DNA from: Eubacteriales bacterium
GTDB taxonomy: Bacteria; Bacillota; Clostridia; Oscillospirales; CAG-382
Length of the DNA: 49,631 nt
Assembly (NCBI GenBank): GCA_045596755.1
Contig: JAZOCZ010000122.1
Span: 1-49,631, forward strand
Direction of reading: 5' to 3'
The position numbers were made by a program, and so were the translations under genes. Numbering within the stretch: the first letter of the stretch is position 1; every line of letters begins with the position of its first letter. Positions 1 through 9,631 of the stretch are shown here, piece after piece. The notes below the pieces were generated by a model. It saw nothing but the letters and a program-made list of their open reading frames with translations. It searched no databases and was not told the DNA's origin.

Positions 1-1
1 C

Positions 2-3000
2 GTTTTTTCAGACCCTAACGGCTTCGATGGTCATCTTTACATAGGTCCCCGTGCCACAGTTTATGCATCTGTTCCTTCAGCCAATGCAGGTATTTTTTCA
101 CATTGCTGCAATTATTTCAAATGTGAAGGCACTCTTTATAGCGGTTGTACAAATGGATATAAAAATGAATACGGCGATCTTGTAATGGAAGGCGGCATAT
201 GTGATCCCTTCGCGGAACATACTGGTATAAGCTCTGCCTTTGCCGGTCAGCCTCATATGCAAGGTACGACAAAAGTCAATATATTAGGTTATATCTGTAC
301 CGCTGATGTACAACGTTCTGCCATTTCCATAGGAAGCGGTGACGTTATATTCTCGGGCACTTCTGCAAAAGCTTACCTTTATAGCAGCGATTGTGTAATT
401 TCCGTAGGCCAAAATAAAAAAGGTTCGTTGGGGTATGGTACAGATGAAAGCCCAGGTGCAGCACATAATTTTTTAGGTTATGAATCAAAGAAGGGTTATG
501 TTACTAATAACAATGGTATTACTGAAGAAATAGTATACGTCACTTGGGGGCTTTGCAGAGCTCATGCGATCTTTGGAGCATCAGAAGTACATAATTACTG
601 GATATCAGCCGCTCAATGGAATAAAATCAAAGCAAAAAACCCTTCTACCTCGGATGTAGACACCCAAAACATCCCTGCCTTAAACTATCAACTTACTCAC
701 TCGGGAACGTATACCCAAAACGCTGGAGCGTTCGTAATGGCGCGTTCATATGGCACGACCGATGACACAGCCTCAAAGGAATTGAACTCCGCAGCTCTTT
801 TCTGCGCAGGTGGAAAGGTAGGGTCAAAAGATTATTATGCAATCAACATTGAAGGAGATGGAACAACAGCATATTTTCGTTCCAACGAAATCGCCATTCT
901 GACAGACCATGCTTCTATGAGGGTAGGCTCTTTGGCTAAGGTAGTTGCTTCAACAGATTACAGTCCAGAACGTAAACAGATAACCGTGACCGAAAACGCT
1001 CAGTTTCAAATGGGCAACGTTGAGTGGGGCACATACTGCTACAAGGGAATAAGTACCACAGACATTGCATCAAACGTAGGCGGTTCATTGCTCGTTGAAA
1101 ACAGCGGCAAAATGGAATGTAATGCCGCAGGCGGCAGTTCAGGTTTTTCCATCGGCGTTGAAGCAGGTGGTGGAATTACTGTTCAAACAAATGGAACTCT
1201 CGAAGCCCATGTAGACAGCAATGGAACGGGAAGTTCAACCCAACATAATTATTCTATGGGAATTCATAGCTGGGGTGATATTAAAATATTATCTGGGGCA
1301 AAGGTTGAATCAACCGCTGGATCAACCGCTCTCAGACAAATGTTCGGAAACCTCACCATATCAGGGGATAATACTTACTGCGAATTTGTGTCAAGAGGCG
1401 GTCAGTTTGATCATGAAAATCGATTAGGAACTTGGGGACAAAACATTCGCGGTCCTCTTTCCTCAGGAGGGTTTTCCAGCGCATATATTTCCGGCGGTAC
1501 AGTCGAATGTTCAATTCAAGGTACGAACGTAGGAAACCGGTATGCAATGGGCATAGGAAGCCTCTTGGAAATTTATGGCAATTCTAAAGTTAAATGTTAC
1601 AACACAGAAAAAGGAATAGATGCGAACCAGGTTAAAGTATATGGCGACGCGAAGGTTAACATTTCAAACGTTAAAACAGGAATAAACGGCAGAGATTCCG
1701 TTGAAATAACCGACGCATCGGGATCGAGTGCGACAGTTAATATAACCGCAGAGCAAAACGGAATTGTTGGCGGGAATAGCGTAAATATTTCAGGAATACC
1801 AAACGTCACGGTAAATTCCACCGCAAGCAGTACTACAAGCGCATGCATCTGGTCAAACGCAGTAACCGTTAACCTTTCACAAGCGGGCAAAGTTACCGCA
1901 TCCAACACAAGCGGTGCGTACGGAATAGGAACTTCCGCAGGTAACGTTACAATTTCAGGAAACGGAACCGTTAACGCAACAGGAACAAAAGCAGGTATTT
2001 ATTCGGCAAATAACGTTACAATTTCAGGCGCGGGAACAAAAAATGTATACGAATTTTCTAACGTTATTGCTTCAGGTAGCGGTACAGACGGAATTGGAAT
2101 TCACGCAGGAAAGACCTTCAATTCATCCTCATGTACACTTAATGCAAGCGGTACCAAACACGGTATAAACTCTGTCGGCGTCCTTACGATTGGAGATAGA
2201 TCCACAGTTGATGCTGTTTCCACTTCAGAATGTGCCGTGAATTCCTCCAATTCAGTTAGAATTTCTCCATATGCTTCTCTAAAAGCATTGGGAAAAACCG
2301 TAAAAAACAACGGGTCAGTTAATCCCGCTCCTGTTTCTACTATCAATGGCAACCCGAAAGTATACGAAGTTAAATTCCGCTATGCAACGGTTGATAATGA
2401 CAGGGATGATGATGGAAACATAGACAATCCAATAGACGTTACCACAAGGGACTACAAAAACGAATATTTCAAGTATCAGCTTCATCGTAACATCAATTCG
2501 GGATACAGTACGTTGGCAGACGATTATAAGATCCTTTATAATAATACTGAGAATACTTATCTCGGCATAGGTCACGACAAAGATACAACTCTCTACGTTT
2601 ACTTACCCGCAGGAAGTTATTTAAACACCGTTGATGCATACGATAGTGCAACCAATACGAATCAAAATAGCGTTGAATATGGTGTTGCAGGATATAACAA
2701 AATTGATGAAAGCGGAGAATTGATGTTCAATGCAAGTTTCGAAATGGGTGCATACACGAACTACAACAGTAGCTTCGCATCATCACCTAACGTTGTTTCA
2801 TCAAATATAGAAGTTTATCCTCTTGTTTCATATTCCTTGGAAACGTTCCAAATCTACGATATAGATGGAAACGCAGTGAAAGTTAGCATAAAAGACGATA
2901 AAGGAAACCCCCTTTCGTGCTCTGACGGAGATGAATATTTAACCTGGAGCGAAGTTAAATACTATATTGAAAATATAGTTAAAGAAAATAGCGAAAGCGA

Positions 3001-3391
3001 TAAACTTAATTTAAATATAAAAGTATTGAAAGATTCTTTTGCATTCTCTACAATAACGGTTCCAAGCGGTGTAAAAATCAAAATGAGCGGAAATGCTACT
3101 ATTTACAGAGCACTTATATGGGATGAGAATAAAATTTCCAAAAACCCACTTAACACAAATTTCCCCATACAAGGTGGTTCAATGCTCGAAGGATACGATG
3201 ACATTTTGAATTTCTATTCACCTTCTGAAAGAAAATATAATTCAGAAACAGGCTATCCGAAAAACAGCTCGAATGAAAAAAACGGCTTAGCGTTGCCTTT
3301 ATTCCATCTAAACGGTACAGCCGATCTTACTTTTGCTATTGGATCAAACGTGAATTTTGATGAAAAAATACCCGCAGATAAAAATAATTAA
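2..3391 (+). CDS. Large secreted or surface repeat protein, 5'-truncated by the window edge (G/S/T/N-rich, parallel beta-helix-like repeats)
   Basis: The frame of ORF 185..3391 stays open back to nt 2 with no stop, so the N-terminus lies upstream of the window. Repeated segments such as NVTISGNGTVNATGTKAGIYSANNVTISGAGTKN are present. No C-terminal anchor is visible. Confidence 0.6.
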   Translation, partial: VFSDPNGFDGHLYIGPRATVYASVPSANAGIFSHCCNYFKCEGTLYSGCTNGYKNEYGDLVMEGGICDPFAEHTGISSAFAGQPHMQGTTKVNILGYICTADVQRSAISIGSGDVIFSGTSAKAYLYSSDCVISVGQNKKGSLGYGTDESPGAAHNFLGYESKKGYVTNNNGITEEIVYVTWGLCRAHAIFGASEVHNYWISAAQWNKIKAKNPSTSDVDTQNIPALNYQLTHSGTYTQNAGAFVMARSYGTTDDTASKELNSAALFCAGGKVGSKDYYAINIEGDGTTAYFRSNEIAILTDHASMRVGSLAKVVASTDYSPERKQITVTENAQFQMGNVEWGTYCYKGISTTDIASNVGGSLLVENSGKMECNAAGGSSGFSIGVEAGGGITVQTNGTLEAHVDSNGTGSSTQHNYSMGIHSWGDIKILSGAKVESTAGSTALRQMFGNLTISGDNTYCEFVSRGGQFDHENRLGTWGQNIRGPLSSGGFSSAYISGGTVECSIQGTNVGNRYAMGIGSLLEIYGNSKVKCYNTEKGIDANQVKVYGDAKVNISNVKTGINGRDSVEITDASGSSATVNITAEQNGIVGGNSVNISGIPNVTVNSTASSTTSACIWSNAVTVNLSQAGKVTASNTSGAYGIGTSAGNVTISGNGTVNATGTKAGIYSANNVTISGAGTKNVYEFSNVIASGSGTDGIGIHAGKTFNSSSCTLNASGTKHGINSVGVLTIGDRSTVDAVSTSECAVNSSNSVRISPYASLKALGKTVKNNGSVNPAPVSTINGNPKVYEVKFRYATVDNDRDDDGNIDNPIDVTTRDYKNEYFKYQLHRNINSGYSTLADDYKILYNNTENTYLGIGHDKDTTLYVYLPAGSYLNTVDAYDSATNTNQNSVEYGVAGYNKIDESGELMFNASFEMGAYTNYNSSFASSPNVVSSNIEVYPLVSYSLETFQIYDIDGNAVKVSIKDDKGNPLSCSDGDEYLTWSEVKYYIENIVKENSESDKLNLNIKVLKDSFAFSTITVPSGVKIKMSGNATIYRALIWDENKISKNPLNTNFPIQGGSMLEGYDDILNFYSPSERKYNSETGYPKNSSNEKNGLALPLFHLNGTADLTFAIGSNVNFDEKIPADKNN

Positions 3392-3407
3392 AAATCCAAA
3401 AACCAAT

Positions 3408-3434
3408 AGCCTCTCGATTCGTCGAGGGGCTTTT
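3408..3434 (+). terminator. Intrinsic terminator after the repeat-protein gene
   Basis: AGCCTCTCGA-TTCG-TCGAGGGGCT forms a 10-bp stem (one G:U pair) with a tetraloop, followed by TTTT. Confidence 0.7.
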
Positions 3435-3541
3435 ACTCTTAACAGTTTTTATTTTACCACAGCGAATTTACGATAAATAGACAGAAAAATCAAATACAGT
3501 CGAAATAAGACACACGATTTCCCGTTGTTTTTTAAAAACCA

Positions 3542-3570
3542 TTGAAAAATATGTTTTTATATGATACAAT
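3542..3570 (+). promoter_or_regulatory. Sigma-A-like promoter for the 3612 gene
   Basis: TTGAAA (3542-3547), a 17-nt spacer, then TACAAT (3565-3570) preceded by TGn (extended -10). It lies 41 nt upstream of the ATG. Confidence 0.45.
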
Positions 3571-3611
3571 AAAGAAAAAGTTCAAAAATATATTTTTGTG
3601 TTATTTGTGCT

Positions 3612-5114
3612 ATGAAAAAATATTTATTCTTTATTCTGATTTTATCCTTTATTTTACCCTTATCTGCAAAGGCGGAGAACGCACCGCTTTTTACGTTGAA
3701 GGATGAAACCGTCGAGTTTTCTCCACATGGTTATATGCCTTCGGCAGAGAGCAAAAATTCGGGAATCCTCCCCCTTATATCCTATTTTGCCGTTGACGTA
3801 AAAAGTTCATCTCCTGTACCGCTACCGCTTAAAACCCCCGGAACATACCAAATTTTCGCCACATTCGATGGAAATGATAAATATGAAAAGACGGAAGTTT
3901 CCGCATTAGTTACCATTGTTCCAGCCTACGCAAAAATCGTTACAGACTACGACACAGTTGCATATTCAAAGATGGAAAATCCTGTCAGATACAAAATCGA
4001 GCCTGAATGGGCAGAGGACTTTCTTGACGTTGAAATAGATTATTTTCCCATAGAGAATGACTCCTCCATGCCAAGCGTGAAATTGAAAGCACCCGTAGAT
4101 TTAGGGACGTATTATACTGTTTTCAACGTTACGTCAGCAACCGAAGGTGTTGTTTGTGAAAACAAGTATATGATTTATAAAATTGCTCCGTACCGCGGAA
4201 AAAAACTTTCTTACGAGGAAAGCAGAGCATCCGTTCCCAAAAACTTCACGTGCGTTTTCCAAAAACTTGATACCGTATACGAGAGAGATAAGCCCATAAC
4301 GGTTAATTACACCCTTTCCCATGCCGCTATATCCGGAAAAATACTTTACCGAAAGGTATATCCAAACGGAACGTTTTCAGAATATTTCGAAGAAACGCCC
4401 ATAGAACCTGGGGAATATTCCTGCGGTTACTTTTTGGGAAGCACGTGCATTGGTGAAGGAAATATATTTATAGATAAACGAGAAGCAATAATCACTCTTG
4501 AAAACAAAACCGTTGAATACAAAGAAGGCGGAATAACGCCTTCCGCAATATGCGAAAACGAGGACGTGGAGATTGATTTCACCGCCTTTTTAATGGATGA
4601 AAACGGAAACGTTACAATGGAGGAAGTACCCATCCCTATAAAAAGATGCGGAAAATATTCCATTATTGCTTATCCAAAAGACACGTTACATTATAAGCGA
4701 ACCTATGCTTACGGATTTATGGAAATCCTCCCCTCCACACCTGAAATATCCGTCACAAAAACGCAATTTATCTATGATGGGACAGAGAAAAATATAGGCG
4801 TAGAAATAATTCCATCCGAAGTTAAATATTCGGTACGATATTTTGAATGGAACGACAGAGAAAGCAACGTTCCCCTTGGCTCTGCACCAACACGTGCAGG
4901 AAAATACCTTGCCGTTATAACCGCATATGATGAAAATGGCAATTATAAATCCATCACAGAATCCTCGGTAATGTATATAGACGAGGTTATTTCGCCAAAG
5001 CCTGACCCAAAATCAACGTTGCTTGAAAAAATTCTTCTTTGCGTTCTCGGAGCAGTAGTTTCCGGAGGCATCGTCGCAGGAGTTTTGATGTGGAAAAAAG
5101 CGAAACTTAAATAA
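3612..5114 (+). CDS. Exported repeat protein with MBG/Ig-like modules and a C-terminal TM helix plus Lys-rich tail
   Basis: Signal peptide MKKYLFFILILSFILPLSAKA. Recurring (A/P/L)G(T/K/E)Y...Y modules and FIYDGTEKNIGVEI are typical of MBG-type repeats. The C-terminus is ILLCVLGAVVSGGIVAGVLMWKKAKLK. Confidence 0.6.
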   Translation: MKKYLFFILILSFILPLSAKAENAPLFTLKDETVEFSPHGYMPSAESKNSGILPLISYFAVDVKSSSPVPLPLKTPGTYQIFATFDGNDKYEKTEVSALVTIVPAYAKIVTDYDTVAYSKMENPVRYKIEPEWAEDFLDVEIDYFPIENDSSMPSVKLKAPVDLGTYYTVFNVTSATEGVVCENKYMIYKIAPYRGKKLSYEESRASVPKNFTCVFQKLDTVYERDKPITVNYTLSHAAISGKILYRKVYPNGTFSEYFEETPIEPGEYSCGYFLGSTCIGEGNIFIDKREAIITLENKTVEYKEGGITPSAICENEDVEIDFTAFLMDENGNVTMEEVPIPIKRCGKYSIIAYPKDTLHYKRTYAYGFMEILPSTPEISVTKTQFIYDGTEKNIGVEIIPSEVKYSVRYFEWNDRESNVPLGSAPTRAGKYLAVITAYDENGNYKSITESSVMYIDEVISPKPDPKSTLLEKILLCVLGAVVSGGIVAGVLMWKKAKLK

Positions 5115-5125
5115 TGTGGAATGAA

Positions 5126-5163
5126 AAAATGCTTTTCACGATTTTTTTCGTGAAAAGCATTTT
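5126..5163. terminator. Bidirectional intrinsic terminator between convergent genes
   Basis: Perfect 16-bp stem AAAATGCTTTTCACGA / TCGTGAAAAGCATTTT with a T6 loop. A/T runs flank both sides. Confidence 0.75.
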
Positions 5164-5169
5164 AATTTT

Positions 5170-5249
5170 AATTCGTAGGATTCGTAAAAAACGCAACCAG
5201 AACGTTAAGGTTAAAATTTGAATCCATAATTTATTCCGAATTACGAATT
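5170..5249. repeat. Short member of the inverted heptamer-array repeat family
   Basis: AATTCGT AGGATTCGT lies at 5170-5187 and ATTCCGA ATTACGA ATT at 5233-5249 in inverse orientation. It shares TTTATTCCGAATT with the 7148-7197 and 7830-7848 elements. Confidence 0.5.
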
Positions 5250-5254
5250 GATTA

Positions 5255-6226
5255 TTATTTTTTCTTTTTAAGAACTACCACAATAATAACCGCAGCAACG
5301 ACTATTACAACGCCTGCAACGATACCGATAATCAAGCCACCGTTTCCACCGTCATTATCATCAGCCTTGGATTCTTCAGCCTTGGACTGTTCAGCTTTAG
5401 ATTCTTCAGCTTTAGATTCTTCGACCTTGGACTCCTCAACTTTAGATTCTTCAGCCTTGGATTCTTCCGTTGATTCATCTATGGGTTCATCCACGGATTC
5501 TTCCTCAGAAGGTTCTTCGCTTTCTTCTTCTGATGATTCTTCAGGAGCTACAACGTCGGGAATAGCGTTACCGCGACCCCAGATTTCAATTTCGCTGATG
5601 GAGAAGCAATATGAAGGACTCCAAGCGATAATCTGAATATATTTTGCAGTTACAGGGCTATTGAACTTATATCTATAATCATAATAGCCGTTTTCTGAGC
5701 CGTCTTCCGTGTGGTTGTCGACAACGATTTCGAAATCCTTGATCTTTTTATAGTTTATACCGTCAGTTGAAAGGTTAATGATTACTTTTTTGTACTCAAT
5801 ACCTCTGTTCCCTTTTCCATCTTCACCGTTTTCCCAGCCAAAGTCAAAGGAGTTCCAGACGTTTCCGAGGGTAATTTCATAAATATCGTCATAAGTTTTA
5901 TCGAGGGTAAACGTAAATTGGTGGGTAGCAGTTGTTCCAACGAGAATTGCACTTTCGCCAGGACGTTCAGCACCTGCGATAACTTTGCCGCTTTCTGTTG
6001 TGGTTGTGTAATAGGGGCTTACACCGTCCGTAAGAAGTGTACACTGATCATCGCCATAATACTTTGTATAATCAGCGCTGGACAAATAACCGATTTCATG
6101 ACCTGGGGTTGTAGAATAAGAGCCTACGCTGGCATAGTTGATAGCATCGCCTTCTGCGGAAACTGTAACCGTAGCAGTTGATACAAGAACCAACAAAACC
6201 GTTAAAATTGCGAAGAGTTTTTTCAT
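5255..6226 (-). CDS. Exported discoidin (F5/8 type C)-like carbohydrate-binding protein with an acidic repeat linker and C-terminal TM anchor
   Basis: Signal peptide MKKLFAILTVLLVLVSTATVTVSA. The domain ends ...YIQIIAWSPSYCFSISEIEIWG, typical of discoidin/CBM32-like folds. It is followed by an (E)ESK(A/V)E linker and the tail GLIIGIVAGVVIVVAAVIIVVVLKKKK. Confidence 0.5.
   Translation of the reverse strand: MKKLFAILTVLLVLVSTATVTVSAEGDAINYASVGSYSTTPGHEIGYLSSADYTKYYGDDQCTLLTDGVSPYYTTTTESGKVIAGAERPGESAILVGTTATHQFTFTLDKTYDDIYEITLGNVWNSFDFGWENGEDGKGNRGIEYKKVIINLSTDGINYKKIKDFEIVVDNHTEDGSENGYYDYRYKFNSPVTAKYIQIIAWSPSYCFSISEIEIWGRGNAIPDVVAPEESSEEESEEPSEEESVDEPIDESTEESKAEESKVEESKVEESKAEESKAEQSKAEESKADDNDGGNGGLIIGIVAGVVIVVAAVIIVVVLKKKK
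5361..5465 (-). repeat. 15-bp tandem repeat x7 encoding the EESKA/EESKV linker
   Basis: The forward-strand units TCAGCCTTGGATTCT / TCAGCTTTAGATTCT and variants are repeated head-to-tail seven times inside the CDS. Confidence 0.8.
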
Positions 6227-6274
6227 AATTAGCCTCCAGTATTTTTTATATTCTCACGGCAAGCCGTGCAGAAA

Positions 6275-6913
6275 TCAAACTTTTGACATATAAGGATTCA
6301 GTTGTCGCTCGTAGGAAAGTTGTGTTGAACCTCCATGACCCGGATAAATCTTATATTCACCAGGGTATCTTTTTAACTTTTTTAGTGAATTCATCATCTT
6401 TGAGACATCACCGCCGAAAAGGTCTGTTCTGCCTACTGTGCCTTTGAAAAGCGTATCCCCTGAAAACATATAGTCCCCAAAAATGTAACAAACAGAGCCG
6501 TCAGTATGTCCAGGAGTATGTAAAACGGTGAATTCAAAGCCGTTTATTTCGTATCTGCCCTCTTTTTCAAAAAGATAATCCGCAGGAGCAAAGGGTCTGG
6601 GATCGTATGGCAAAATGGACGTAAACGTATCCTGCTCCGTCAACGAATGAGCGTCCGCTTTATGAATTGCCACAGTTGTTCTCACAGTACGTAAATCGCC
6701 AACAGCGAGAATATGGTCAAAATGACCGTGGGTAAGAAGCACCAACGACGGATACGCATTCATCTCAAAAAGTGCACTTTTGATAACGTTCAAATCGTCT
6801 CCCGGATCAATAACCACAGCAGGACCTCGCTCGTTACCCGCTTTTCTGAAAACGTAACAATTAGTTTCATACCCAACTACAAGTTTTTTAAATATATATC
6901 CTTCTAAAAACAC
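6275..6913 (-). CDS. MBL-fold metallo-hydrolase (hydroxyacylglutathione hydrolase-like)
   Basis: Contains the THGHFDH metal-binding motif, HTPGHTDGS and a later GH. GTG start with GGAG 8 nt upstream. Confidence 0.85.
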   Translation of the reverse strand: MFLEGYIFKKLVVGYETNCYVFRKAGNERGPAVVIDPGDDLNVIKSALFEMNAYPSLVLLTHGHFDHILAVGDLRTVRTTVAIHKADAHSLTEQDTFTSILPYDPRPFAPADYLFEKEGRYEINGFEFTVLHTPGHTDGSVCYIFGDYMFSGDTLFKGTVGRTDLFGGDVSKMMNSLKKLKRYPGEYKIYPGHGGSTQLSYERQLNPYMSKV

Positions 6914-7044
6914 AACAACACTCCAAGGGAATAGGAATCAGGCATTAGACTAACGCCAAGGCATAGGCAAGAGGCAGGAGGGAAGAGTAAAAATTTTCTT
7001 TCCTGATCCCTTTTGCCTATCACGGCACAGGTGACGGTTCATTT

Positions 7045-7197
<153 letters not shown>

Positions 7198-7270
7198 GAA
7201 TAAATTTTTCTGTATATTTTCCCATTTTCTGTACAAAATATAATCAAATACGAAAGAGAGGTAATAAAAA

Positions 7271-7444
7271 ATGAGTCCCAAAGAATTACAATACGTTGAC
7301 GACGCTCTCAGCCACGAAAAGTTTTTGAAAACACAATGTGAAAACACCGCACAAAGACTATCCAACGCAGACCTTAAAAACTTTGTAAACCAACTCGCAC
7401 GTGACCATGAAGAACTTTTCGGAAAACTCTTTTCAACACTTTAA
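7271..7444 (+). CDS. Small coat-F-like/helical protein (57 aa), below the ORF-track length cutoff
   Basis: ATG at 7271 is preceded by AAAGAGAGG. It translates to MSPKELQYVDDALSHEKFLKTQCENTAQRLSNADLKNFVNQLARDHEELFGKLFSTL and stops at 7442-7444. It is 22 nt upstream of the coat-F gene and has the same RBS style. Confidence 0.6.
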   Translation: MSPKELQYVDDALSHEKFLKTQCENTAQRLSNADLKNFVNQLARDHEELFGKLFSTL

Positions 7445-7466
7445 CTAATTAAAGAGAGGTATTTTT

Positions 7467-7712
7467 ATGGATGACAAAACCTTAATGGAAAATTTACTCC
7501 TTACAACAAAAGGCGCTTGCGATTTATATCTTCACGGATGTATCGAAGCCTCAAACGATTCAGTAAAGCAAACGTTCAACACCGCCCTTGACAAATCCTT
7601 GAAAATGCAAAAAGATATTTACTCAAAGATGGAAGCAAACGGCTGGTATCCAAAAGAAAACGCAGAGCAACAGCAGATAAATAAAACCAAAACAAAGTTT
7701 CAGGCACAATAA
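7467..7712 (+). CDS. Spore coat protein F (Coat_F domain) family protein
   Basis: MDDKTLMENLLLTTKGACDLYLHGCIEASNDSVKQTFNTALDKSLKMQKDIYSKMEANGWY matches the Coat_F pattern (...K...Y......EA.N..........L.......Y..M...GWY). RBS is AAAGAGAGG. Confidence 0.75.
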   Translation: MDDKTLMENLLLTTKGACDLYLHGCIEASNDSVKQTFNTALDKSLKMQKDIYSKMEANGWYPKENAEQQQINKTKTKFQAQ

Positions 7713-7717
7713 TGGAT

Positions 7718-7848
7718 AATTCGGAATTCGGAATGCGCAATTCGTAATAATTGGAAAGCTCGGTTCGAGGATAAAAACTCGGATTGAGCTTTTTATTATT
7801 AAAATTGCTTTTTGACCGCAGGAAAAAAGCTACCTTTATTCCGAATTC
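7718..7848. repeat. Composite repeat element, copy 2, same orientation as copy 1
   Basis: AATTCGG AATTCGG AATGCGC AATTCGT at 7718-7745. Hairpin GCTTTTT-N10-AAAAAGC at 7807-7830, then TACCTTTATTCCGAATTC. The core at 7803-7843 is near-identical to 7124-7165. Confidence 0.65.
7755..7797 (+). terminator. Intrinsic terminator of the coat-F bicistron
   Basis: AAAGCTCGGTTCGAG / CTCGGATTGAGCTTT forms a ~15-bp stem with G:U pairs and an 8-nt loop, followed by TTTTTATTATT. Confidence 0.7.
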
Positions 7849-7866
7849 AAAACGCTCCGCGTTTGC

Positions 7867-8217
7867 CTATTTCCTATAATACTTATAATATGCCATAACA
7901 GTTCTGTTTTTGCCTTTATCAAGGTCAAAACCCGAAATTGTTGCACCCTCAAGGCTCATAAATTCCCACGCTTCCATGTTGAGAATCACCGTTCTGAACA
8001 CAACTACGCCACCGCAGATAATTGCAAGTTCGTCGTTTGATACGTGTATGAAGCCTTCCCTGGCAATAATACGTTCTTCACCCTTTTCATCGCGTTCAAG
8101 TACGTACCTGACATGCTTCTCATGAAGTCTATCCGCCATATATCGTTTGAATTTGGGGCTTTTCGGGTCTTTAGGAGGCTTATCCTTACGGAAGCCCAAC
8201 TTATCTAAAAAGGACAT
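7867..8217 (-). CDS. Hypothetical protein (116 aa), translationally coupled to the upstream serine hydrolase gene
   Basis: ORF with a basic N-terminus. There is a 1-nt gap between its start and the stop of the 8219..9505 gene. No family was recognised. Confidence 0.55.
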   Translation of the reverse strand: MSFLDKLGFRKDKPPKDPKSPKFKRYMADRLHEKHVRYVLERDEKGEERIIAREGFIHVSNDELAIICGGVVVFRTVILNMEAWEFMSLEGATISGFDLDKGKNRTVMAYYKYYRK

Positions 8218-8218
8218 G

Positions 8219-9505
8219 TTATCCCACCATTATCTCGTTTATCTCTTTGATAATCTTTGACATATACGTATAGTTGCTTGAAGCACCGTTGCTGTTATGG
8301 GTATAAAGCACCAATATGTAAGGCTCGTCCGCCATAACTATCGCACAATCGTGATGATATCCGCCGCCTGAACCGCTCTTGTGAGCAACTTCGTATTCAT
8401 AACCAAGGGCTTTATCTATCATATTTCCGGTAGCGTTTACAAACGTTGTATAAAGACCGCTTCCCAGGGAATCCTCACGGCAGAAATTATATATTTCATT
8501 CCACCACAAAGCCGCATCTCTTGCGGAAACCTTTGGCCAATTTTCTTTCGTCTGTTCCCAGTTTGCGCATCCCATATCCTTGCACATTTGCATGATTCCG
8601 TCATCGCTGAGATAATCCCTTAACATTATGTATGCAACGTTGTCGCTATGCAATATGGAATATGAAATCAAGGTTTTAAGCGTATATTTCGTACCCGATT
8701 CAGCCTTTCTGATAACACCGCTTCCAGGGTAGTAATATTTTGAAGAAGTATAAGTCATCTTATTGGAAAGATTCAGCTTTCCTTCGGATGCAAGTTTGTA
8801 CGCATAAAGCGCCGTTGGTGCTTTGAAGGTTGACATACATCTCCATTGTTCATCAACGTTATATCCAATACTCGCACCGTCGCTTATCCTTATGGCAAGA
8901 AAACTTGCATCGCAACGCGAATTAGAATTTATAGCCTTCATAAGTGCGGTAACGTCTTCCGAAAGGGGTTTCTTTGCAGAGTTTGTTCCTTGGATAACCG
9001 TTACGGTGTCGGCTGAATATTTATTGTTCTGAATCAGATTGCTAAGAGCACCGTTGGGAGCTATAAGAGATACGTTTTCGTTTTTATCCGACGTACTTCC
9101 ATTTGGCTTTTGAGTTGGTTTCGTATTCGTTGTTCCGCCCGAATTCTGATTTTTCAACGCAAGCAACGTTGCATAGGATGCCTGCGCACCCGATGAGTTT
9201 GCACTTGTTCCCATGAGTTTTATGGTGGAAACCTTATCGCTGGATGCTGTTTCATCTGATGGAACGTAGAAGAATATATCTCCCGCTCCTGATTCGGGAA
9301 TGACTATAACCGCCTCCGTGTCCCAATTTCCCTGTGAAACAGCCCCTTGCGGTTTAACCGCGCTGGTTGCTTCGCCATCTTTCAAAACAACAGATGACCC
9401 TGTCTGACAGGAGACAAGGAAAAAAGAAGAAGCAACAAGGAAAGAAGCACAGATTCTTTTCAAGGGAAGCCTTTTATTCAATTTTGAAACCGCTTCAAAA
9501 GTCAT
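8219..9505 (-). CDS. Class A beta-lactamase-related serine hydrolase lipoprotein
   Basis: Lipobox FFLVSCQ. All three active-site motifs are present: STFK (SxxK), SDN (ILHSDNVAY) and KSG (HKSGSGGG). Confidence 0.75.
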   Translation of the reverse strand: MTFEAVSKLNKRLPLKRICASFLVASSFFLVSCQTGSSVVLKDGEATSAVKPQGAVSQGNWDTEAVIVIPESGAGDIFFYVPSDETASSDKVSTIKLMGTSANSSGAQASYATLLALKNQNSGGTTNTKPTQKPNGSTSDKNENVSLIAPNGALSNLIQNNKYSADTVTVIQGTNSAKKPLSEDVTALMKAINSNSRCDASFLAIRISDGASIGYNVDEQWRCMSTFKAPTALYAYKLASEGKLNLSNKMTYTSSKYYYPGSGVIRKAESGTKYTLKTLISYSILHSDNVAYIMLRDYLSDDGIMQMCKDMGCANWEQTKENWPKVSARDAALWWNEIYNFCREDSLGSGLYTTFVNATGNMIDKALGYEYEVAHKSGSGGGYHHDCAIVMADEPYILVLYTHNSNGASSNYTYMSKIIKEINEIMVG

Positions 9506-9568
9506 AAAAACACCCTACAAAAGTCATTTTATAAACGAAGAAGTATAAACCTACTCGTCGCTCTTAAA

Positions 9569-9597
9569 ATTATATCACAAATTTCTTGTTATGTCAA
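9569..9597 (-). promoter_or_regulatory. Consensus sigma-A promoter for the serine hydrolase operon
   Basis: On the minus strand: TTGACA (9597-9592), a 17-nt spacer, then TGaTATAAT (TATAAT at 9574-9569). Confidence 0.6.
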
Positions 9598-9631
9598 CAT
9601 CTTTTTTTGTGTAAAATTTCCCAACCAAAAA

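Noticed and set aside
5367-5636. 89-aa plus-strand ORF (SSALDSSALDSS...)
   Set aside because: It is the opposite-strand reading of the 15-bp EESKA repeat inside the discoidin-like gene.
7200-7270. Mother-cell sigma (E/K) promoter for the coat-F genes
   Set aside because: GTATATT-N14-ACAAAATA loosely resembles sigma-E-type elements, but the match is too weak to annotate.
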